Of a stretch of 23,249 nucleotides of DNA, positions 1-7,483 are shown piece after piece (positions within the stretch are counted from its first letter, which is position 1; each line of letters starts with the position of its first letter). Source of the DNA: Planctomycetota bacterium (GTDB lineage: Bacteria; Planctomycetota; UBA1135; GCA-002686595); NCBI GenBank assembly GCA_021730845.1, contig JAKFYL010000157.1:1-23249 (forward strand). Reading direction: 5' to 3'. The translations under genes and the position numbers were made by a program. The notes under the pieces were generated by a model. The model was not told the DNA's origin and ran no database searches. It saw only the letters and a list, made by a program, of their open reading frames with translations.

Positions 1-6
1 AGGGTC

Positions 7-50
7 GCGGACGCTGGCAGCGCGTTTCGTCCCGCGCTGTTAGCGTCCGC
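7..50 (-). terminator. Extended near-perfect hairpin (18-bp stem with two G.U positions, 8-nt loop) overlapping the stop codon of the TPR gene; no U-tract
   Basis: GCGGACGCTGGCAGCGCG (7-24), loop TTTCGTCC (25-32), CGCGCTGTTAGCGTCCGC (33-50). The arms are reverse complements except that GG faces TT, which forms G.U wobbles in RNA. The TAA stop (complement of 40-42) lies inside the 3' arm. This may be a Rho-independent-like or RNA-stability element at the end of the FG-GAP/TPR operon. The window edge prevents seeing what follows. Confidence 0.3.
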
Positions 51-1188
51 GCTCCCCACCTAGCCGCAGATAGCGTTCCCCGGCTTGGATCTGGCGCACC
101 GTATCGCCGATCGAGCCGTAGAAATCGCGCAGCGCCAAGAAGGCCTCCGCCTTTTGGGGAAAGTCGCGCTCGATCGTGAGCGCGATTGCCTTGGCCGATT
201 CGACGGCCGCTACGTCAGCCAAGGTCTCGAGCGCGAATGTACGCAACTCCAGACTGCCTGAATCCAGGCGCAACAGGCGCGTGATTACGTCCTGCACCGC
301 CTGCTTGTTGTCCACGGACTTGTGCAGGGAAACCAGGCGCAGGAGTAGCTCGCGCTGTCCCGGTTGGAACAGCAAGCGACCCTCGAGCGTGCGCACTTTT
401 TGCGTGACTTCGTTGAGCTCTAGAAACCGTTCCTCGGCGCGCGCAGCTTCCTCGGCGCGCCCCAGGTCGCGCAGCGCCTGGGCCAAGAGGTAATGACCGC
501 GCGGCTCGTGGGGCTCGAGTTCGCAAGCCTTTTGGGCCGCTTGCAACGCTTCTTCACTGCGCTCGAGGTCGTAGAGCACCTGCGCGCGCCAGGCGTGCAC
601 ATCGGCGTAATCAGGTCTGGCGCGCAGCACGCGGTCGAGCTGCTCGAGTCCCACGACCAAGTCCCCAAGACGCACGTGCGCCAGTGCCAGGCCGCGCACG
701 ACTTCGATGGAAGCTTCTGGATTCGCTTCCAGGATGGCTTGGTAGTGATCTTTGGCGCGCTGGTAGTTGCCTAGCGAGTAGTAGCAGTGCCCCAGTGCCT
801 GGGTAGCCGCAAGTTCGGCGGGAGCTTGCTCGAGAAAGCGCTCGAGCACCAGCGCGCTGTCGCTGTAGCGGCGCAGGCGAAAGTAGACCACTCCCAGTTG
901 GTACAGCGCCGGCGGAAAGTCCGGCTCGCGCTCCAAGAGGCTCCAGCACTGCTCCACGGTCTTTGGGTACTGGGCCTCGCGATAGGAGCTGCCGATTTCG
1001 GATAGCAGTGGCAGCAATTCGGCCGGCGGCTCCGTCTTGGGCGTCCAGTCCTTCCAGCGTCCTGCCGGAGCGCGCGGCAGAGAGGCCGGATTGCCGCTCA
1101 GTTGCACAGGTGCCTTCTCCGGAGTCTGCGCCGGAGTCTGTGCACCAAGCGCCGGGCACACAGCGAGCAGCGCCAACAACACGCGCAC
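40..1188 (-). CDS. Secreted/periplasmic TPR-repeat protein
   Basis: ORF track gives 40..1416 (-). Several 34-aa TPR-like units are visible, for example ALYQLGVVYFRLRRYSDSALVLERFLEQAP, ATQALGHCYYSLGNYQRAKDHYQAILEANP and ADVHAWRAQVLYDLERSEEALQAAQKACELEP. A hydrophobic signal-like segment VRVLLALLAVCPALGAQ begins at an in-frame GTG (complement of 1186-1188). The 76 codons upstream are Arg/Gly-rich and low-complexity, which is typical of non-coding GC-rich read-through, so I call the start at 1188. The stop TAA is the complement of 40-42. The gene lies 32 bp downstream of the FG-GAP gene stop on the same strand, which suggests an operon. Confidence 0.65.
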   Translation of the reverse strand: MRVLLALLAVCPALGAQTPAQTPEKAPVQLSGNPASLPRAPAGRWKDWTPKTEPPAELLPLLSEIGSSYREAQYPKTVEQCWSLLEREPDFPPALYQLGVVYFRLRRYSDSALVLERFLEQAPAELAATQALGHCYYSLGNYQRAKDHYQAILEANPEASIEVVRGLALAHVRLGDLVVGLEQLDRVLRARPDYADVHAWRAQVLYDLERSEEALQAAQKACELEPHEPRGHYLLAQALRDLGRAEEAARAEERFLELNEVTQKVRTLEGRLLFQPGQRELLLRLVSLHKSVDNKQAVQDVITRLLRLDSGSLELRTFALETLADVAAVESAKAIALTIERDFPQKAEAFLALRDFYGSIGDTVRQIQAGERYLRLGGERGR

Positions 1189-1220
1189 CGTGGACGGGCG
1201 CGGAATCGAACGCCGAGCGC

Positions 1221-2906
1221 TCAAGCGTCCGGCTCCATGACCACGAGCAGCCGATCGAGCGCGACGCCCGTAAGCGTTTGCTCGCGGCCCGAAGGGAAGC
1301 GCACCCATACATCGGCCGTCTTGGCCGCGCCCAGGCCGAAGTGCGCCACCGGCTCGATCGCATTCTGGAAGCCCGCGCTGGTGCGAATCTCTTGGCACAG
1401 GGAACCGCCCTCCCAAGTCGCGCGAACGCGCGCCCCCAAGGCAAAACGATTGCCGCCCTTGGAGCGCGGCGCGACGGTCAACCAGTGGTTGGGTTCTTGC
1501 TTCTGGCGGGCCTGATTGCGGTACACGCGCACGGGACCGTCGAGCTCGATCGCCACCAGGTCGAGGTCGCCATCGCCGTCGATGTCGCCCACGCAGGAAG
1601 CGCGCGACACGCGCGCCGGCCCATCGTGCAAGGGCTCGAGCGCAAACGTCTTGGAGTTGCTCCGGAACAGGTGATCGGCTTGTTCGTAGGTCGTGTCGGT
1701 TCCGGGCAAGTTCGCTTGCGGATAGACGTGCCCGTTGAGCACGTGCATGTCCAGGTCGCCATCCAGGTCGTAATCAGCAAGGGCCGTGCCCCAACCCAGG
1801 AACGGCATGCTGGGACCGCCGATGCCCATCACCGAGGCCGAATCGACGTGTGCACCGCTCTTCTTGCGCGAGAGGTACATGTTGTTCGATTCCCCGGAAA
1901 AATTGGTGACCGCCATGTCGGGGCGCTCATCGCCGTTGAGGTCGCCGACGCCGATCCCCATGCTGGCCTGCTCCTTGCCGTTGCGATCGTGCGAGACACC
2001 CATGGCGACGCCGGACTCTTGGAACGAACCGTCGCCTTGATTCAGCCACAAATGGTTGGGCGTCGAATCGTTGGCCACGTACAAGTCCGTGTCGCCGTCC
2101 AAGTCGTAGTCCAAGCTGACGATGCCTAGGCCAAAGCCCGCGGCCAGCGGCCGATAGCCCTTGGCCACGGTCACGTCTTCGAAGGTGCCGTCGCCGCGGC
2201 CGAAGTACAGCACGTCGTGAACGGGTTCCAGACCTTCCGGGCCGCACATGACCGGATGTCCCTTCCAAGCGCAGGAGCCGCCCGGGCCCGGAACGCGTTC
2301 GAAATCGAACGCCAAGTAGCACACCACGGCCAGGTCCAAATCGCCGTCCTTGTCGAGGTCGGCCAGCGCCGCGCTGCTAGCCCATCGCGAATCGAACAGT
2401 CCGGCCTTGTCGGTCACTTCCGAAAATCCCGTGCCCGCTGTGTTTAGGAACACGCGCATGGGCCCCCACTGCGTGACGACCAAGTCGAGCCAGCCATCTC
2501 CGTTGAGATCGCCAACTGCGCAGCCCATGCCCCAGCGTCCCGGCGCCATAGCCCAGGCCGAGGGCGCGGGGGAAAACAGGCCCTGGCCCGAATTGAGGTA
2601 CAGCCGCGGAGCGAGCCCCAACTCGCCCGCCTTGGCGCGCTCGACCGTGGAACCATCGACGACTAGCAAGTCCTGGTCGCCGTCGGCGTCGAAGTCGGCC
2701 AGCGCCAGGCCGCCGCCGTTGACTTCGATGATGTAGTCCTTGGCCGTCGAGCCGCAGGTCGTGCGCACCTCGATGGGCCCCGCGTCATCGGCCGGGGAGC
2801 TGCGAAACGCCGACAGATCCTGGAGGAACTGGGGCGACTGTCCGGTTAGGCCGGCGAAGCCGACGACACAGGGTGCGATCGTGGCCCAAAGCAACAGGGA
2901 TTGCAT
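1221..2906 (-). CDS. FG-GAP/VCBS-repeat protein with C-terminal ASPIC/UnbV-like domain (CRTAC1 family), signal peptide
   Basis: At least seven Ca-binding integrin-alpha/FG-GAP-like loops are present: DADGDQDLLVV, DLNGDGWLDLVV, DLDKDGDLDLAVV, DYDLDGDTDLYV, DLNGDERPDMAV, DYDLDGDLDMHV and DIDGDGDLDLVA. The C-terminal segment SLCQEIRTSAGFQNAIEPVAHFGLG...VWVRFPSGREQTL is typical of the UnbV_ASPIC domain. The N-terminus MQSLLLWATIAPCVVGFAGL is signal-peptide-like. The ATG is the complement of 2904-2906. Confidence 0.85.
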   Translation of the reverse strand: MQSLLLWATIAPCVVGFAGLTGQSPQFLQDLSAFRSSPADDAGPIEVRTTCGSTAKDYIIEVNGGGLALADFDADGDQDLLVVDGSTVERAKAGELGLAPRLYLNSGQGLFSPAPSAWAMAPGRWGMGCAVGDLNGDGWLDLVVTQWGPMRVFLNTAGTGFSEVTDKAGLFDSRWASSAALADLDKDGDLDLAVVCYLAFDFERVPGPGGSCAWKGHPVMCGPEGLEPVHDVLYFGRGDGTFEDVTVAKGYRPLAAGFGLGIVSLDYDLDGDTDLYVANDSTPNHLWLNQGDGSFQESGVAMGVSHDRNGKEQASMGIGVGDLNGDERPDMAVTNFSGESNNMYLSRKKSGAHVDSASVMGIGGPSMPFLGWGTALADYDLDGDLDMHVLNGHVYPQANLPGTDTTYEQADHLFRSNSKTFALEPLHDGPARVSRASCVGDIDGDGDLDLVAIELDGPVRVYRNQARQKQEPNHWLTVAPRSKGGNRFALGARVRATWEGGSLCQEIRTSAGFQNAIEPVAHFGLGAAKTADVWVRFPSGREQTLTGVALDRLLVVMEPDA

Positions 2907-2923
2907 GCGTTGGACAGCATACG

Positions 2924-3646
2924 ATGGGAGCCGTGGATCGTGAGCACTACGGGCCGTTTCAGGAGCGCCTGGCGCGTTCGCGGCTGCTCTTCTTGTTCAC
3001 CCCCGCCGCGTGCCCCGGTCGCGATCCGTTCGAGGTCCTGGCCGAGGTGCTCCCCTTCGTCGACATCGTGCAGGTCAGGCCCAAGGCCCTGGCCGGCGCG
3101 GACGAAGCGGCTCTGAGCGGGGCCGGCGTGCAAAGCGCCCGCGAGACCTTTGAGCTGTGCCAGCGCGTCTTGGAGTGCGTGCAAAGGAGCGGCGCGAGCA
3201 CGCTGGTGACCGTCAACGACCGCGTCGACGTGGCCCGCGCGCTGCAAGACGCGGGTTGCGCCGGCGTGCACTTGGGACAGGAGGATTGCCCGCCGGACAT
3301 CGCGCGCGAAGTCTTGGGACCGGGCGCGCTGATTGGACTTTCGACGCACAGTTTGGCCCAAGTGGCGCTAGCGGACTCGTTGCCTGTCGACTACCTGGGA
3401 TTTGGGCCGATCCATGCGACCGCGACCAAGGGCTACGCCAGGGGGCTGGGAGCGGAAGCGGCCTGGATCGCCGCGCAGGCGAGTGACAAGCCGCTCTTCC
3501 CCATTGGAGGCATCGGCCTGGCGAACGCCGCGGAACTGGCGCAGGTTGGTCGCGCGGCCGTGGCCAGCGCCCTTTTCGCGGCTCAGGATCCCGCCGCGAG
3601 CGCTCGCGCATTGCGCGCACTCTTGAACCGAGGCGCCGAGGATTGA
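2924..3646 (+). CDS. thiE: Thiamine-phosphate synthase
   Basis: ThiE/TMP-TENI signature segments are present: GVHLGQEDCP, IGLSTHS, VDYLGFGPIHATATK and PLFPIGGIG. The ORF track starts at 2873, which would overlap the divergent FG-GAP gene. The first ATG that gives a ThiE-like N-terminus (MGAVD...LLFLFTP) is at 2924. The stop TGA is at 3644-3646. Confidence 0.8.
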   Translation: MGAVDREHYGPFQERLARSRLLFLFTPAACPGRDPFEVLAEVLPFVDIVQVRPKALAGADEAALSGAGVQSARETFELCQRVLECVQRSGASTLVTVNDRVDVARALQDAGCAGVHLGQEDCPPDIAREVLGPGALIGLSTHSLAQVALADSLPVDYLGFGPIHATATKGYARGLGAEAAWIAAQASDKPLFPIGGIGLANAAELAQVGRAAVASALFAAQDPAASARALRALLNRGAED

Positions 3647-3695
3647 TGCACAGCTTTCGCGCGCGTCACGCCTCCCGTGCGTGGATCGCGCCGGA

Positions 3696-4779
3696 CTAGA
3701 CGTCGCGCGTCCTGTCCATGAGCAGCATGGCATCGCCGTAACTGAAAAAACGATACTCGCGCTCGATGGCTTCCAGGTACAGCGCCAAGGTGCGCTCGGT
3801 GCCGGCGAAGGCAGACACGAGCATCAGCAGCGTGGAGCGCGGCAAGTGGAAGTTGGTGAACAGCGCGTCCACGACGCGAAAGGCCGAGCCGGGGCGCAAG
3901 AATAGCTGCGTGGTGGAACTGCCTACTTGCAAGCTGCCATCCGGCCGCGCGCAGTGTTCCAAGACGCGCGCCGAGGTCGTGCCGATGGCGATGACTCGAC
4001 CGCCGCGCGCGCGGCAGCGCTCGATCGCTTGCACGCATTCGGCCCCGAGTTCATAGGCCTCGGTGTGCATGGGGTGGCCCTCGATTTCCTCGCTCTCGAC
4101 GGGTCGAAACGTGCCCGGCCCGACGTGCAGCGTCACGCGCGCCAACTCGACGCCACGCTGCCGGAGTGCGTCCAACACGCGGGGCGTGAAATGCAAACCG
4201 GCCGTGGGCGCGGCCACGGCGCCCAGGCGCGCGGCGAACATGGTCTGGTAGTGAGACTCGTCTTGGACGATGCGCGCGTCGCCAGGCGAGCGGCGAATGT
4301 AAGGCGGCAAGGGCAAGCTGCCCCACTGCTCCAGATCCTGGAGCGAAGCTCGTTCTCCATCCTTGCGCAGCACCTCGACTTTCCAGATCGCGCCCGATTC
4401 GCCCGCGGCCATTTCACGTTCGATGGCGCGCACGCGGCCGGTGCAGCCCTCGAGCTGCACGCATTCCATAGGTTTCAAACGCTTGGCGGGCTTGACCATG
4501 GCACGAAAGTGGCCGCTGGCATCCGCATCCAGGAGCAAGAATTCGACCGCGCCTTGGGTCTGCCGGCGCCCGAGCAGCCGGGCGCGGCGCACGCGCGTGT
4601 CGTTGACCACCAGCAGGTCTCCGCGCGCAAGGAAGTCAGCCAGCTCGCGCACGCGTGTGTGCCAAGTCTGGTTGCGCCCTACGGAGTGGCACAGAAGCCG
4701 CGCCTCATCCCGCGGCGTGCACGGCTCTTGGGCAATGCGCGCAGGGTCGAGCTGGAAGTCGAACAGGCTGGTTTTCAAG
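3696..4779 (-). CDS. queA: S-adenosylmethionine:tRNA ribosyltransferase-isomerase
   Basis: QueA-like segments are present: LHFTPRVLDALRQRGVELARVTLHVGPGTFRPV, VIAIGTTSARVLE, FTNFHLPRSTLLMLVSAF and FFSYGDAMLL. The ORF track extends to 4862 through a TTG. A TTG at 4779 (complement) gives an N-terminus M-KTSLFDFQLDP that resembles canonical QueA N-termini of the M-x-x-x-D-F-x-F-x-L-P type. The stop TAG is the complement of 3696-3698. The gene is convergent with thiE. Confidence 0.8.
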
Positions 4780-5026
4780 CGCGCCAGAGGATCCCAAAGC
4801 CCGCTTTCGAGCCTGAGACATTTCTTGAGGGGCTGGGCCGCTGGGCCGCCCACGGAGGGCAAACAGCTACACCAGGGGGCTTCCCAATACCTGGAAACTG
4901 GCCAGGCCGGGTTTCAAAATCCGGACCTAGATGTTTCACACCTGAAATGAATTGTTCGATACTCAGCTTGCCGACGTCGGAAAGACAGGCGAACCAGGCC
5001 TTTGGTCGAGCCCGGGGGGGTTGCGA
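4780..5026 (-). promoter_or_regulatory. Long (247 bp) comparatively AT-rich intergenic region holding the queA promoter and the 3' end of the bEBP-like operon
   Basis: Locally AT-rich stretches are present, such as TTTCAAAATCC and TGAAATGAATTGTTCGATACT. There is an inverted repeat GAACCAGGCC...GGCCTGGTCC (4993-5043 region, 8-bp arms, long loop) just beyond the stop of the 818-aa gene. There is a short hairpin CCGGGTTTCAAAATCCGG. No confident -35/-10 assignment was made. Confidence 0.3.
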
Positions 5027-7483
5027 CTAAGGGCCTGGTCCTCTTACAGGGGTTTCGCCCATCGAGCGAAGGCGCTTGAGCAGCGTTCCGGGGGACCAGC
5101 CCAGCCAGCGCGCCGCGCGGCGCTTGCAAGGACGGCCATCGGCGGTGCACGTAAGCGCTAGAGCCTGTTCCACCAGCAGCTTTGGACACGAGACCGGAGC
5201 CAAGCGAGCAAGCAGCGGCGCTTGGCGCTGCCGGCAAATGGCCTGAAACAGACGCAAGTCCGCGCCCTTGTTCCAGTCCCCAGGCCTTGCGGCGTCGATC
5301 AAGTCCTCTAGCACGCGCGCCAATTGCGCCAGGCCGCCGGGCCAAGGGCTGCGCCACACGCTGGCCAGAATCTGGTCATCCAAGTACGCCTCCTCGGCCT
5401 CGCGAGCGCGCAAACTGCGCGCGCAAAGAAAGCGCGCGACGGCAGGCAAACGTGCGCGGCGCTCCTCGATGCTGGGAACGCGTAGCACACGATCGGCGGG
5501 GTCACCGAGGCCGTCTTCCACTGCGAGCAACAAACGCACGTCGCGGCTGCTGGCGCGCGCCTCCCAGTCGCGGCGCTGGGCAGCGGTCCATGACCCGTGC
5601 AAGCGTGCGATCAGCGTTGCGCCGCGCGCGCGATCCAGGGAAGTCTCGAGCGCGCCGTCGTCTCGGGCGCCGTTCCAGTCGCACGTTAGAAGCGGCTTTG
5701 CTCGCCGCTCGCTTTCGAGCCAGATCCAGCGCGCGGCGACGGTTCGTCCCATGCCCCTTGGGCCGGCAATGCAGGCGTGCTCGTCCGAGGCCGCAAGTAC
5801 CAGCAGTTGCGCAACGAAGGCGCGCTCCGCAGCGAAGCCGGGGTCGAACGAAACCGGCGGCAAGGATCGAGTGTGCAGTTCCTGGACGAAGTGCTCGCTT
5901 GCTGCGGCTATTGCGATCTCCTCTCCAGCGCTTGCGAGCCATGCCTTGGCCGCGTGCTCGAGCGCTCGACTTCCGGATGCGCTGGCACAAACAAGCCGTG
6001 CGCGCACGCGTCTGGCGACAGTGCAATCGAATGACTCCCCGCGACCCGGCGGCGACTGGCCCGGATCGCTGCTGGCTACCAGCTCCGGTTCCGCGCCCGG
6101 CCGGAGCCAATAGCCCCACCAGTGGAATGCGGTACCTGGTGCGAGAGCCCCAAGCTGCGCGGCGGCCTTGGTGAAGCGCGACGCCAAGAGCGGCGCCTTT
6201 GGAGTGCGGCCCGCGTCCCAAGGCTTGACCCGGACTCGATGGTCGTGCGCTGCGCTCGCTGCGCTCGCAAGCAAGGCCGCTTGGACGACTTGCCCGCGCT
6301 GCAACAATTCAGGCAGCAGGTGATGCGCGAATTCCACACGCAGCCAGCACTTGCCCATGGGCAACGGCTTCAACCAGATCGCGCGGCAGGTTCGGGCGTG
6401 CAGCGCGGCCGGAAGCGGGCCCTGGGTCGTGCGATGCAGCGCAATTTCGCGCTGAGTCTCCAGCGCCAGCAGTTCCGCTGCTTGCGGGTCGCGCCGGGGC
6501 CAGTCTTGCATGCGCGCCGTTGCTGGCCGCGAACTTCGTTCGGCGAACATGATTCGAGCGCGCCCGTGCTCGTCTAGTCGACACACGAATACCGCTTGGG
6601 CAGCCAAGGCGCGGCAGAGCGACTCGGACGGGTCCAGTGCGTTCGACGCGCGTCCGGTTGTGGGCTCGGCGCTCGGCTCCAGCGACAAGTGCCGGCCCTG
6701 CATGTACTCCGACCAGTGTGGGACTTCCTCGCGCAGGCGCTGCAGCGGTGCTGGGAGCCGCACGGCGGTGAACGGATCGCGCGAACCGTTTGCCTCACTG
6801 CTCTCTATGAGCCGCGCGTGTGCCCGGCGCGCGCGCTCTGGATCGCCGGCGACTAGGTGCGCCCAGCCGAGCAGCCACAGCACCCACGGATGGCCGCCTG
6901 GCGCCAGAGGCTCCAAGAGCGCGCATGCGCGCTTCGGCTTGCGCTGATCGAGCAGGCACGCAGCCAAATCGGCCGCCAAGGCGGCATTTCCACCGGCACT
7001 AGCTCGCGCCAGTTGTCCGCGCACGTAGTGTTCGGCGCGCTTTGGTCCCCCTTGGGCACGGATCAGGCGCGCGCGCGCCCAGAACTCGACTCCCGGCAAG
7101 AGTCCCAGGGCGCGCCAGGACTCGAGCAGACCGGCGGCGGTATCGACCGCCGAGTCTTTTGGGACTGGCGAGGGGGGCAAGCTCGGAACGAGGGCCCGCA
7201 GTGACTCGACGCCGGCCCAAGAAGGGGCGCCCGCGTCGGGCCAGCCGAGGGCCGACAGAAATGACTCGGGGCCCAGCGCGCGCTCCATGTACGCGCAGAA
7301 CAATGGCTGCAGGGCGCGCCTCGCTCTGGCGTGAAGCTCGCGCTGAGCAAGTTCGCGCGCGCGCGAGGCACTTGCGGAAGCGCGCACTGCCGCCTGTCCC
7401 AGCGAGTCGGTCCAGAGCAAGCGCAAACAACTGACCGCGCGCTCGTCGAACGCCTGGCGAATAGGCCCGACGGGAGGCTTCAT
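5027..7483 (-). CDS. Sigma-54 activator (bEBP)-like regulator with degenerate (likely inactive) AAA+ domain and C-terminal Fis-type HTH; ~540-aa N-terminal region of unknown function
   Basis: The gene encodes 818 aa. Residues ~548-728 (nt ~5300-5842) line up with the sigma-54 interaction domain of NtrC-family proteins. HACIAGPRGMGRTVAARWIW corresponds to VLIxGESGTGKELVARAIH. ERRAKPLLTCDWNGA corresponds to PRAKAPFIALNMAAI. RGATLIARLHGS corresponds to GGTLFLDEIGDM. SRDVRLLLAVEDGL corresponds to VDVRIIAATNRDL. RVLRVPSIEERRARLPAVARFL corresponds to RLNVIxIxLPPLRERxEDIPxLxxHFL. WPGGLAQLARVLE corresponds to WPGNVRELENVIE. There is no ESELFGHEKGAFTGA segment. The C-terminal CKRRAARWLGWSPGTLLKRLRSMG (nt ~5057-5161) matches the Fis-type HTH_8 of bEBPs. 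The ATG is the complement of 7481-7483. Confidence 0.6.
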   Translation of the reverse strand: MKPPVGPIRQAFDERAVSCLRLLWTDSLGQAAVRASASASRARELAQRELHARARRALQPLFCAYMERALGPESFLSALGWPDAGAPSWAGVESLRALVPSLPPSPVPKDSAVDTAAGLLESWRALGLLPGVEFWARARLIRAQGGPKRAEHYVRGQLARASAGGNAALAADLAACLLDQRKPKRACALLEPLAPGGHPWVLWLLGWAHLVAGDPERARRAHARLIESSEANGSRDPFTAVRLPAPLQRLREEVPHWSEYMQGRHLSLEPSAEPTTGRASNALDPSESLCRALAAQAVFVCRLDEHGRARIMFAERSSRPATARMQDWPRRDPQAAELLALETQREIALHRTTQGPLPAALHARTCRAIWLKPLPMGKCWLRVEFAHHLLPELLQRGQVVQAALLASAASAAHDHRVRVKPWDAGRTPKAPLLASRFTKAAAQLGALAPGTAFHWWGYWLRPGAEPELVASSDPGQSPPGRGESFDCTVARRVRARLVCASASGSRALEHAAKAWLASAGEEIAIAAASEHFVQELHTRSLPPVSFDPGFAAERAFVAQLLVLAASDEHACIAGPRGMGRTVAARWIWLESERRAKPLLTCDWNGARDDGALETSLDRARGATLIARLHGSWTAAQRRDWEARASSRDVRLLLAVEDGLGDPADRVLRVPSIEERRARLPAVARFLCARSLRAREAEEAYLDDQILASVWRSPWPGGLAQLARVLEDLIDAARPGDWNKGADLRLFQAICRQRQAPLLARLAPVSCPKLLVEQALALTCTADGRPCKRRAARWLGWSPGTLLKRLRSMGETPVRGPGP

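Noticed and set aside
1189-1416. N-terminal 76-codon extension of the TPR ORF (to 1416) and similar upstream extensions of the sulfatase (to 12571), PQQ (to 16329), flotillin (to 23026), queA (to 4862) and thiE (from 2873) ORFs
   Set aside because: The extensions are low-complexity and precede a clear signal peptide or a family-typical N-terminus. They also overlap neighbouring genes. The ORF track appears to accept alternative starts and simply runs to the first upstream stop.
963-2129. Long shadow ORFs in the six-frame track (963..2129+, 3927..5030+, 5182..6174+, 5268..6113+, 9254..10348-, 12895..13980+, 13325..14251-, 15209..16126-, 21875..23080+ and the many 60-150 aa ones)
   Set aside because: Each overlaps a motif-supported gene on the other strand or in another frame. 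The translations are Arg/Ala/Gly/Pro-rich with no domain signatures. This is expected from GC3-biased coding sequence, which suppresses stop codons in other frames.
2780-2923. Possible TPP (THI-box) riboswitch upstream of thiE
   Set aside because: No CUGAGA / ACCUGAUCUGGAUAAUGCCAGCG-like conserved elements are present. The region is coding sequence of the divergent FG-GAP gene.
3655-3692. Imperfect inverted repeat between convergent thiE and queA (CGCGCGTCACGC ... GCGTGGATCGCG)
   Set aside because: Its stems are interrupted by 3-nt mismatches, and there is no U-tract on either strand. It could still act as a weak bidirectional terminator, but it is not distinguishable from chance GC-rich self-complementarity.
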